A DNA stretch of 63,700 nt, the filler included, from Octopus bimaculoides (taxonomy: Eukaryota), in NCBI RefSeq assembly GCF_001194135.2. It is 7 parts of 6 records of this genome, joined end to end, with 100 filler letters (N's around TTAATTAATTAA, not from the genome) between each part and the next. Parts side by side here need not be neighbours in the genome. Positions count along the whole stretch, not along the records: positions 50,676 to 59,207 come from NC_068983.1; positions 59,308 to 61,883 come from NC_068990.1; positions 61,984 to 63,700 come from NC_068983.1; 4 more parts are not named here. One strand, 5' to 3'. Within the stretch, counting starts at the first letter, position 1; the number at the start of each line of letters is the position of its first letter. Under the pieces are notes generated by a model, which was not told where the DNA came from, made no database searches, and saw only the letters and a list, made by a program, of their open reading frames with translations. The translations under genes were made by a program, and so were the position numbers. This document shows positions 53,401-63,700 of this stretch, one piece after another.

Positions 53401-53586
53401 AGCCTCCCCACACGGAGAAAAACAAAAAAGATTTTCAAAAACAATCTAACAATGGGTCCCAACAAGCAACCAAATGGCCCCAACAAACAATACCATCAAA
53501 AATTCAAAACAACAAAACGCCAAAACAATCCAACAACAAACACAAGACACAACTAGCATGAACTGATCAGATTTTGGCATCGATTG

Positions 53587-54647
53587 TTTTTTATTACCTA
53601 TGAAAGGCTACATAGAAATCGAGACAAAACAAACACAAACTCAGGGAACTAAAAGTTACAAAAAGGAGATAGACTCAGCAGAAAAAAATAAAATAAACAA
53701 ATGATTATATGAAAAAATGAAAATGAGACGTAATGCCCACTCGACCCCCGAAGTCGAGTGGTTACATTTAGTCAGTTTTTCTCTTTAACATAAAAGTCTA
53801 TCTATATACATTTTTCCTTTTTTTTCTCACAGAATTTACATTAGATTTTTCCAGATTTTTTTCTTAAAATTAAATGTCCTACGTTATTTTTATTCTTTTC
53901 AACACGTCATTTTCAATTACAGGAGGTGGAATCTCACGTAACCGACATACTCGTATCCTTGCTTCTACATCAATTTCATCTATGAATCTCTCATGCTCTT
54001 CTTCAGATATTAAAATACATCCTTCATTTGCTCCAAACTCTCTTCCAGTCATCTTCACTCTTATCTGTCCCTTCCATTCCGCGATTTCTCTTTCCGCATC
54101 CTCACTCTTCTCATATCTAATCAGGACCCCTTTGTATTTACATAGTTCTTCCACTACTTTTTCTTTTCTCTCTTGTTTGTTTTTAGCTTCAAATTCTCCC
54201 TTACCTTTCTTGCTTTCTACTGAAAGATCTCTTGCCTTTGAATGACGAAATACACGACGTGTTCATGGGTTCACATGGAGAATTGGTGACTTTGGTTGAC
54301 GGGCCGGTGTTATGATACCCTCCCACCCGTGGTGGAATAGGAAAAGTTGAGGAATTTTAGAGAAAAATATGATATATGAACAATATAAAAAAAAATGATG
54401 AAGATGTAAACTTTTTACTTCAAGAAAAAAGAAAAAAAGAGGAAAAACTGTCCAAATAACGTTTAAATGTAACCACTCGACTTCGGGGATCGAGTGGGCA
54501 TTGCGCCTCATTTTATCATTGTTTCTTTTTATTTCATTTTTTTCCTTGCTCGATTTCTTTTTGCATTTTTATTTCCCCGATTATATGTTTTGTATTGTAT
54601 TTGTAATGTGTAACCTCTATATTTAGCCCCTTGTCGGCAATAAAAAA
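53587..54647. mobile_element. Cassette bounded by inverted arms, each with a stem-loop, T-rich tract and AATAAAAAA
   Basis: 53720-53770 vs reverse complement of 54464-54514: 48/51 identical; weaker similarity continues outward to the AATAAAAAA motifs at 53587-53595(-) and 54639-54647(+). Confidence 0.75.
53879..54262 (-). CDS. Uninterrupted 127-codon frame of charged protein, no in-frame ATG at the start (5'-truncated?)
   Basis: Stop-to-stop TRRVFRHSKARDLSVESKKGKGEFEAKNKQERKEKVVEELCKYKGVLIRYEKSEDAEREIAEWKGQIRV...VLKRIKIT*; purine-rich, coding-like composition. Confidence 0.5.
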   Translation of the reverse strand, partial: TRRVFRHSKARDLSVESKKGKGEFEAKNKQERKEKVVEELCKYKGVLIRYEKSEDAEREIAEWKGQIRVKMTGREFGANEGCILISEEEHERFIDEIDVEARIRVCRLREIPPPVIENDVLKRIKIT

Positions 54648-54713
54648 TCGGGGACGTTGGTGTTGCCTTGGCGGAGGTTTGCGCTCTCTGAATGCTCTCG
54701 TTGATATCTCTTT

Positions 54714-54925
54714 AGGGCGGTGAGCTCGCAGAAGCCATAGCATGCTACACAAAATGCCGAGCGACATTTTTTTCGGCTCTTTACGGTCTGAGTTCAAGTT
54801 CCGCCAAGATCGACTTTGTCTTTCATCCTATCGAGGTTGGTAAAATAAGCTCCAGATGAACACTGAGCTCGATAAAATCGACTCACCTCTTCTCTAGAAT
54901 TGATGATCTTGTACCAAAATTTACA
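54714..54925 (+). mobile_element. SINE family A
   Basis: agggcggtgagctcgcagaa...gagttcaagttccgcc. Confidence 0.8.
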
Positions 54926-55160
54926 ATCAATAATTGTTCTAGGGTGTCAGTTATTAGAAATAGTGAAATTCATGACAAACGGTTTTTCGGTATATTCACT
55001 TTACTTCTAAATTCAACATTTCATGTGTGTAAGCCTTCATCCTTTACCCTCCTTAGACGGTAATCTAAGTACCAGTATTGGATCGATTGGATTGTGTAAA
55101 CCGCAGTCCTCACCACTATCATAACATTTGTGATACTGAATCTAATTCATCAATTATTAA

Positions 55161-55369
55161 TAATCCTTTCTACTACAGGCACGGTTTGAAACTTGGAGTT
55201 GGAGGGGAATAATCTATTACATTGACTCAGCTGGTACTTATTTCATCGATCCCAAAAGGATGGATGACAAAGTCTACCTTGGTGGAATTTAAACCCTGAA
55301 CATAAAGACGGAGGAAATGCTGCTAGACATTTTGTCTGGTGTGCAAACGATTCTGCCAGCTCACCGCTT
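55161..55369 (-). mobile_element. SINE family A
   Basis: aatcctttctactacaggcac...ttctgccagctcaccgctt. Confidence 0.85.
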
Positions 55370-55440
55370 AAAAATGATAACAGATTCATCATTGGAATTT
55401 GAACCATTTATCTAACGTTTCCTTGCGTCCTCTTTAACAA

Positions 55441-55785
55441 TTCTTCTTCACTCCGTCGCTTACGACGTCGAGGGTTCCAGTTGATCCGATCAACGGAACA
55501 GCTTGCTGGTGAAATTAACGTGCAAGTGGCTGAGCACTCCACAGACACGTGTACCCTTAACGTAGTTCTCGGGGATGTTCAGCGTGACAAGGCTGACCCT
55601 TTGAATTACAGGCACAACAGAAACAGGAAGTAAGAGAAAGTTGTGGTGGAAGTGTACAGCAGGAGCCTCGTGGAGCTTTAGGTGTTTTCGCTCAATAAAC
55701 ACTCACAACGCCCGGTCTGGGAGTCGAAACCGCGATCCTATGACCGCGAGTCCGCTGCCCTAACCACTGGGCCATTGTGCCTCTA
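55441..55785 (-). mobile_element. tRNA-derived SINE, family D (TCG anticodon-like loop), near full length
   Basis: Reverse complement GGCACAATGGCCCAGTGGTTAGGGCAGCGGACTCGCGG..GGTTTCGACTCCC head, then a ~270-bp non-tRNA body. Confidence 0.85.
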
Positions 55786-55811
55786 CGCTAAATTACTATT
55801 AATAGCTAAAT

Positions 55812-56085
55812 AAGAGCAATGAGTTGGCAGGACCGTTAACTTGCCGGGCAAAATGCTCAGCGGCATTTCGTTCGTCTCTACGTTCTTAGTTCAAATTCCG
55901 CCAAGATCGACTTTGCTTTTTATCATTTCGGGGTCAATAAATCAAGTACCAGTCAAATACCTTACGCTATGTCTTCTGATTCCTTACATTCTGAGTTCTA
56001 ATCTTGCCGTGGTCAACTTTGCTTTCATCCTAGAGTCAATCGTGTCAACTAAACCCTCTCCTTAAAACTGCTGGCTTTGTGTCTC
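55812..56085 (+). mobile_element. SINE family A copy plus a second partial copy
   Basis: gagttggcaggaccgtt...ttagttcaaattccgcc, then ttctgagttctaatcttgccgtggtcaactttgc. Confidence 0.75.
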
Positions 56086-56149
56086 AGTAAAACAATATAA
56101 TTCAGATCTGTTCTTTGAAACAAATCTAACTCATTGCTTTATTTTCTTC

Positions 56150-56513
56150 TGTATTTTCTCTTTTACTCGTATCAGTTATTGGGCTGCGGCCATGCTGCGG
56201 CACTGTCTGAAAGGATTCTCTCGAACAAATCGACTTCACGCTTATTTTTTATTAAGCCTGGCACATATTCTATCGGTTCTCTTTTGCTGAACTGCTAGGC
56301 TACGGGATCGAAAAAAAAAACCAACGGTGGTGGAGGACACACACACATTCTTTCAGGCTTCTTTCAGTTTCTGCCTACCAAATCCATGTAAATGTGAATG
56401 GATTTGGTGAGCCCCGAGGCTTTAGTAGAAGAAACTCGCTCAAGGTATCACACAATGAGGACTGAACCCGAAATAAGGCTCAAACTTCTTACCATACAGC
56501 CACAGCTGCGCCT
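56150..56513 (-). mobile_element. SINE family B, near full length
   Basis: cttttactcgtatcagttatt... tail to ...cagccacagctgcgcc head. Confidence 0.8.
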
Positions 56514-56591
56514 CTGTTCCAAAGCTTGCATTAAACATCGAACTTCCTAAAAGTCATTCACACACACACACACACACACACGTACGAATGT

Positions 56592-56718
<127 letters not shown>

Positions 56719-56822
56719 TATGTATATACACATATACATATATATGTATATATATGTGTGTGTGTGCATATTTATATAGATACATATATACACATATATA
56801 TGTGTGTGTATGTGTATTTTAA

Positions 56823-56854
<32 letters not shown>

Positions 56855-56865
56855 ATATGTATTTA

Positions 56866-56932
<67 letters not shown>

Positions 56933-57179
56933 CAGTTTCACACAGTTAATGTTTTAAGGACTGTATATTAGAAACTAATATGTTTATAATTGATGTAATT
57001 ATCTAGCCCTTGGTGGGTATATTTTTTTTACGGTGTTTGCCATTAATGCTAAATCTGGTGAAGTTAAGTAATAATACCGCATTGCATTGAGCAGAGTTTT
57101 AATAAGTATTTATTGCAAACGTTGTCAGTGACATCATTGTTACTTCCATCATTTTTACATCATACTTCGTTCAGGTGAA

Positions 57180-57273
57180 TGTCGTCGGCGTTGACATCAT
57201 CATCATCATCGTCGTCGTCATCGTCATCACCGTCATCACCAGGATGATCATCATCCCATCATAACCATCGCCC

Positions 57274-57305
<32 letters not shown>

Positions 57306-57514
57306 GTAGTAAGAAAAACTGCAGCAGCAGCAGTATCACCACTGCCCTCTTTCTTATCGTGACTATCATCAGCGTCACCCTGAACCATGCCATCATTATC
57401 AAAATCATTACCGTCATCTCCGACATCCCCCACCACCACCACCACCACCACCACCACACACAGTCAACCCCCACCGCCGCCACGGCTACTATAACTACCA
57501 TCACCACCTCCACC

Positions 57515-57546
<32 letters not shown>

Positions 57547-57550
57547 CATG
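57180..57550. repeat. Compound (CAT)/(CAC)/(CAA) trinucleotide repeat tract
   Basis: Direct reading. Confidence 0.9.
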
Positions 57551-57936
57551 AATATTAGTGAAAAATAAGAACAAGAAATTATAAACTAATCCAAGATTTG
57601 TGCTAATATATATATATATGTGCTTATATTNNNNNNNNNNNNNNNNNNNNNNNNNNNNNNNNNNNNNNNNNNNNNNNNNNNNNNNNNNNNNNNNNNNNNN
57701 NNNNNNNNNNNNNNNNNNNNNNNNNNNNNNNNNNNNNNNNNNNNNNNNNNNNNNNNNNNNNNNNNNNNNNNNNNNNNNNNNNNNNNNNNNNNNNNNNNNN
57801 NNNNNNNNNNNNNNNNNNNNNNNNNNNNNNNNNNNNNNNNNNNNNNNNNNNNNNNNNNNNNNNNNNNNNNNNNNNNNNNNNNNNNNNNNNNNNNNNNNTA
57901 TATATATATGTATATATATATACATATATATATATG

Positions 57937-57983
<47 letters not shown>

Positions 57984-57984
57984 A

Positions 57985-58030
<46 letters not shown>

Positions 58031-58439
58031 TGGCACACAGCTTATAGATGTAAATATATAACTGACCGTGGATGTTAGTGTCATATTGCATTTATGGTTT
58101 GGGTCTGCATTTTTTTAATATTTTCTTTTGTTTTGCTTTTTTATGTCTTGATATGCACGTATGTATGTGTTAATATGATCTTGTCATTTTTTTCTGTATG
58201 TGAATATTACTAGGTGTGTATATGCGTACGTGTGCGTGTATGTGTGCGTATGTGTGTCTGTGAGTGTGTGCATGTGTATGTCTGCGTGTGTCTGTATGTG
58301 TATAGTTTGTGTGTGTGTGTGTGTGTCTGTGTGTGTGTGTGTGTGTCTGTGTGTGTGTGTTTGCAAGAGAGAGAGAGAGAGAGAGAAGCAAGCTAGTGCA
58401 ATGCCGCCTGTTAAGACTTGCTCACTAGCAGACTAAACA

Positions 58440-58640
58440 AGTCAGATAGCAGACAGAAAGATGGTGGCTGCCGATGGCATTAAATTTAAACTGTGTTGAT
58501 ACGTCTAGATATATGAGAGATACTTATCTGTCGACCGATATGGACTCGAAGTAAACATAGGAACAGCATCCGTTGCTATATGTTATAGACCACGCCAAAC
58601 CGCGCCCACTTCGCTAGTCTCCATGGAAACATTCCTCAAG
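58440..58640. promoter_or_regulatory. Putative promoter: CpG-rich patch with RFX X-box (58617-58630), GC-box-like and YY1-like motifs
   Basis: GTCTCCATGGAAAC fits the X-box consensus GTHNYY-AT-RRNAAC; half-site GTTGCTA at 58572; CCACGCC and CGCGCCCAC; AAGATGGTGGC at 58458. Confidence 0.45.
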
Positions 58641-58864
58641 GGCCACTGCTGAGCTCTACCACGTTTTCCCAATATTTTTTTCTAACCAAATTCATATATT
58701 ATAGAACTTAACACACATTATAACCTTATACACTTCATCTGCATACAAGCTATATAACTAATTCCAATGACAAAGTTGATTATGTAATGCAGAAAGAGAA
58801 ACAAAATAATCTACTTGTACTTATTCGTTTACAAAAAAATGTTCTACCGTTATTTATATACATT

Positions 58865-59065
58865 TCAGGCAATGGACTGCGGCCATGCTGGGGCATCGCA
58901 TTGAAATGGTTTTAGTCGAACGAATCGACCTCAGTACTTTAGTACTTTATATTTTCTGCTTTGCATTTTTTAAGCCCAGTACTTATTATATCGAGCTGTT
59001 ATACTGAACCGCTAATGTTTCGGGTACATAACCGGTTACCAAGCAGTGGTGGGTGACAAACACAA
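58865..59065 (-). mobile_element. SINE family B 3' body
   Basis: gactgcggccatgctggggc...gaaccgcta...ggttaccaagcagtgg. Confidence 0.75.
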
Positions 59066-59108
59066 ACACAAAGGCACACACATAAATACCTCCCATACAC
59101 ACACACAC

Positions 59109-59186
<78 letters not shown>

Positions 59187-59739
59187 TTATATGTATGTAT
59201 ATATATANNNNNNNNNNNNNNNNNNNNNNNNNNNNNNNNNNNNNNNNNNNNTTAATTAATTAANNNNNNNNNNNNNNNNNNNNNNNNNNNNNNNNNNNNN
59301 NNNNNNNTTTGGAGGTGATGTACAGGAATTATAATATAGAAAAAAAATTAAGGTACTCAGAAATCTGGATGGTTGTACATTTACAGATTTTTTATTAGTG
59401 TCACATGTTTTATAAATTAAATAAAGCGCGTTTCACCTATTCGTGTAGGATTTTCAAATTGTTTTACATATAAATGAAAGTACTATATATATACATGTGA
59501 AAGTACTAGTTAATTTCAATATTGTAAAATTGTAAAACTTGTAAATAATAAAACCCGAAAATCAGACTAAGGTAGAATTTCATGGATTAATATATATTGT
59601 TTTATACACAGTCATGCAATCTCTGATTTATATCTATGTGTGTGTGTGTGTGTGTCTGTGTCTGTGTCTGTGTGTGCATGTGTGTGTGTACGTATGTGTG
59701 TGTACACATGTGTGTGTGTGTGTGTGTGTGTTAGTATGT

Positions 59740-59955
59740 CTTTCTGTCTGTGTTTGTCTCCCAGTACTGCTTGAAAACTGGTGTTGGTGTGTTTACATCC
59801 TTATAACTTATCAGTTTGGCAAAAGTGACCAATAGGAAAAGTACCAGGCTTAAATAAAAAAAAAGTGATGGTGTGGTCATTTATTCAACTAAAAATTCAT
59901 TCTTCAAGACAGTGGTCCAGCATGGCTGCACTTTAAGGAGTGAATTAAGTAAAAA
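59740..59955 (+). mobile_element. SINE family B 3' body
   Basis: tgtgtttgtctccc...gcttgaaaactggtgttggtgtgtttac...ccagcatggctgca..aagtaaaa. Confidence 0.75.
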
Positions 59956-60137
59956 GGTAAAACAAAATATGTATCCGATGAAGCTTACACAACAAATGTA
60001 TACTTTAATGAAACAATGGTAGGCAAGCTGGAATAATTTGGATTCAAGATTTCTGAGCAGATAATCCCAATGACTTTTACTTTCTCAGACACCTCAGCTA
60101 TATAATGGTAATGATAGCAACAGTTATGAGCATAAAT

Positions 60138-60352
60138 ATTCTTTTCTACTCCAAGCACAAGGCCCGGAATTATGGGGGAGGGGGTCCAGTCAATTAGATT
60201 GACCCCAGTATGCGACTGGTACTTAATTTATCAACTCTGAAAGGATGAAAGGCAAAGTTGACCTCAGCAGAATTTGAACTCAGAACATAGACAGACGAAA
60301 TACCGCTAGGCATTTCACCTGGCATGCTAACGTTTCTGCTGGCATGCCGCTT
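60138..60352 (-). mobile_element. SINE family A
   Basis: cttttctactccaagcacaaggcc...gaatttgaactcagaac...gcatgccgcttt. Confidence 0.85.
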
Positions 60353-62179
60353 TAGTCATGAACATAAATATATAAAGAAAGGAAAAATTTTATCATTGAC
60401 CTTCATTGCAATAAAAAAAAAAAAAAACCAACCCCCTCCCCATAAATTAACAAATTTTCATGTGGTGAAGAAATAAGAAGCAGTGGTTTAATTTCAAAAG
60501 TAAACATACTTTGTGTTCAACGTTGGGTTCTTTGATAGTTTTAAACTAACACGATTACCAAATCAGAGTTTTATGTGCTCATGCTTACATGCCTACATGC
60601 ACACACACACATACATGCACACACATACATATAGATACACACATAAACATGCATAAACACACAAAAGCACTTTATACATCTAGATAATATATTTGCTTTT
60701 GTTGTCACAAATTATTGATACATATCTTCTCCAAGTTATAATATCTGCCTTAAATATTGAAATGTTTACAAAAATAGTGATGTTAAATCATTAGCAGAGG
60801 AACCAGAAATTCTATTTTCCTGCATGATACAGTAGTATTTCATTTTTTACTTTAATCCTTTAAGCATTTTTTCATCATATATTTTAGTTTTTAAACAAAA
60901 AGAAAAATTCTTTCCAAATAACACAGAGAAGGAATAAAATAAAAAATGAAAAATAAAAAGTCTAAAACGAAAAATATGAAATATAAAATATAAATATAAA
61001 TGAAAATCAGACATCACACAACTTTAATAAATATCAAAAACTCCAAAAGAAATCAATTAAACCTTGCTAAAATATGATTTTTTTTCACATCATTTTCGAT
61101 ACATATTAGCAACTGAAAGATGGGAAAGAAATTCTCCTACCAAATATTGAAGTGCATTTAGAGGAATATCTTCCTTTCAACATACATGTTGTTTGTTTAT
61201 TTTGCAAAATGCCTTTCCAATATACGTTTAAACTGTCTATTCCTATGTTGTATGTACCAGTTATTGTGCCTCACCTATTTTAAAAATGTTTGAATTTTCC
61301 TTCTTTTTTCTGCCTCCCCACCTATTTTTAAAATTAAATCATTGCTTCTTATTCTTTCATCACATGAAAATTTGTTAATCTGTTTGTTTTCTTTATTGCA
61401 ATGAAGGTCAATGATGAAATTTTTTTCTCTCTTTTTTCTTTATAATATTTATGCTCATAACTGTTGCTATCATCACCATTATAGTGGTGAAGTGTATGAG
61501 AAACTAAGTTACTGGGATTATCTGCTCAGAAATCTTAAGCCCAAACACAAATACACCCTAGGCATTTTGCTGCATTTCTGGACAGAAAGAACACTTCACA
61601 TTGTCTCAGTTTTACCTAGTGGTTCAGAATAGAAGCAAGATCATTAGATAATGTAATGCAATATATGCATAGACATATGCATACACACAGACACACACTT
61701 ACACACACACACACACACACATTATTTATTTATTCACCAAATGTGGTGTGGAGCACTCATTCTCACTCTTCCCCACTATATATATATTTTTTTTTTTTTA
61801 AGTTTCAGCTTAGAGCTGCGGTCATGCTGATGCACCACCGTTTATATATATATATATATGTTTATATATATATGTATATATATNNNNNNNNNNNNNNNNN
61901 NNNNNNNNNNNNNNNNNNNNNNNNNNNTTAATTAATTAANNNNNNNNNNNNNNNNNNNNNNNNNNNNNNNNNNNNNNNNNNNNTATATGTACACACACAC
62001 ACACTTCAGATAAGAAAAATGTTTCGGTTTCTCGAGATGGCTTACATTGAAACATAGTTTCCTTTCATTGTTTTTACGGATTCTTAATTCCTGCTTCGTG
62101 ATGGTTTCATATTTGATCTATCTTCCCCGGCATGCATCTCGCTGTTACACGCCCATGCTGTTTGATATTTACTTCGAGG

Positions 62180-62430
62180 GTCCATGGCCCAGTGGTTTGG
62201 GTGTTGCACTCACGCTCGTGAGATCGCTATTCCAATTTCCAGACCTGATGGTGCGTTGTGTGCTTGAGCAAAACACTTCATCTCACGTTGCTCTGCGATC
62301 ATTTCGACACCCGACGCATGGTACACAGTGCACCTCTTTAGACAACGTTGATTTGATGGAGAGAGTGAACTAATGTGCGGCGCGAGTATTTGATCGCTAT
62401 AAACCAATCATCTGCGCAAGTCGTTCGGCA
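62180..62430 (+). mobile_element. tRNA-derived CORE-like SINE, family E
   Basis: catggcccagtggtt A-box-like start; gtgcttgagcaaaacacttcatctcacgttgctc CORE-like segment. Confidence 0.7.
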
Positions 62431-62499
62431 ATAGTCCATCATCATCATCATTATCATCACCAGCAGCAGCAGCAGCGCCATTACAACAACAACAACAAC

Positions 62500-62541
<42 letters not shown>

Positions 62542-62564
62542 TGTTGTTGTCATTATTATTATTA

Positions 62565-62641
<77 letters not shown>

Positions 62642-62665
62642 GTTGCTGTTGTTGTTGTTGTTATG

Positions 62666-62880
62666 AAGGCGGCGACCTGGCAGAATCGGTAGCACGCCGA
62701 GCGAAATGCTTAGTGGTATTTCTTCTGTCTTCATGTTCTGAATTCAAATTCCGCCGTGGTCGAACTTACTTTTCATCCTTTCGAGGTCGATAAAATAACT
62801 ACCAGCTGAGTATTGGGGTCGATGTCATCGACTATACCCCTCCCCTAAAATTCAGGGCTGGAGCCCAGAGTAGAAAGGAT
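62666..62880 (+). mobile_element. SINE family A
   Basis: aaggcggcgacctggcagaatcggtagcacgcc...gagtagaaaggattattatt. Confidence 0.9.
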
Positions 62881-62914
62881 TATTATTATTATTATTATTA
62901 TTATTACTTGACAC

Positions 62915-63413
62915 CATTATTATTATTTCATAAAAACTCTCAGTTTATTTTGTTGGGTATGATGGAAAGTGTCAGCTGCCCACAGCCTTACAGTCTAAGG
63001 TGATACTTGTTTACTGTTCATGCTTTAAGAGCCCTGCAGAAAACTCATCCAGTCTCAAGAAATGATAATTTTTATAGGTGTTCTATCTTTTGATTTGTAC
63101 CAATCTTTTTGAGTCATGTTGGTAGTTGAGTACTGATTCTTCAAAGAGCGCAAATCTCTATTGGTATCACATTTACACTCTTCATTGCCCACAATCTGCG
63201 TATTTCCCCTTCAATTCATCATAGTTGCTCACATTTTAATTCGCTTCCTTTTCGATCCTGTTGTCACCGGAATATTCTATGTCGATAATCAAGCAAGTTT
63301 TTCCTGTTCATTACAACAAAGTTAAGTTTCCGATGCCTAATCTGATGGTCACGCTGAATCATTGCAGCCCACAGGATTTTGCAATCCGCATTCTCAGTAA
63401 ATCCCTTTGGAAT
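62915..63413 (-). pseudogene. R4/Dong-clade non-LTR retrotransposon 3' end (restriction-like endonuclease domain), 5'-truncated and decayed
   Basis: PKGFTENADCKILWAAMIQRDHQIRHRKLNFVV..CLIIDI..GDNRIEK..VIPIEICAL*RISTQLPT*LKKIG..IEHL*K (cf. ENxxxKILWD..RKPDIV..IIDxxxP..PIVIGALG..LQK); flanked by (TAA)n. Confidence 0.85.
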
Positions 63414-63439
63414 ATTATTATTATTATCATTATCATAAA

Positions 63440-63506
<67 letters not shown>

Positions 63507-63680
63507 GTTCAGTAGTTTTATTTTTATAACGTGCTTTCACTTCACAACCGAGCGCAGCTCTGTGCGCCTTGGGTATGTGCTGTGGTTTGCTGTGGTGCTC
63601 TTATGGTTACTGTATTGAAAGTGTTTTGCGTACGATGTGTGCAGTACCCAGTACTGCAATTTTCTGTATGTTATATATAT
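63507..63680 (-). mobile_element. Second R4/Dong-clade 3' end, very short
   Basis: IYNIQKIAVLGTAHIVRKTLSIQ* (cf. LQKxxLLGTARILRxVL), short 3'UTR, (TAA)n on both sides. Confidence 0.8.
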
Positions 63681-63700
63681 TATTATTATTATTATTATTA

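Overview
AT-rich eukaryotic (metazoan) draft-genome scaffold, about 12% N gaps, dense in (TA)n/(CA)n/(GA)n and trinucleotide microsatellites. The repeat landscape (tRNA-derived SINEs, several with CORE-like domains, plus RTE 3' tails ending in (GAT)n) resembles an octopus/cephalopod genome; this is inferred from recall, not from a search. There are no prokaryotic operons, CRISPR arrays, rRNA or true tRNA genes, and almost all long ORFs in the supplied track are artefacts of N-runs or microsatellites. Recognisable decayed coding remnants: Penelope-like GIY-YIG (790-1100), hAT Buster/Charlie-like transposase (32895-33620), RTE-clade LINE pieces (42440-44880), a Tx1/L1-clade LINE with APE endonuclease (51010-53400) and two R4/Dong-clade RLE LINE 3' ends within (TAA)n (62915-63680). 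MITEs with TA or TTAA target sites are present. A host gene is tentatively suggested on the minus strand (phase-compatible small exons at 46595-46535, 40743-40691 and 40490-40450; CpG-rich putative promoter with an RFX X-box near 58.6 kb) but cannot be named. The most unusual region is 50.9-54.7 kb: a perfect 60-bp palindrome caps a 3'-truncated Tx1 LINE, and just upstream lies a ~1.06-kb cassette with inverted hairpin/poly(A)-signal arms around a 127-codon open frame. Repeat boundaries are approximate (about 10-20 bp).
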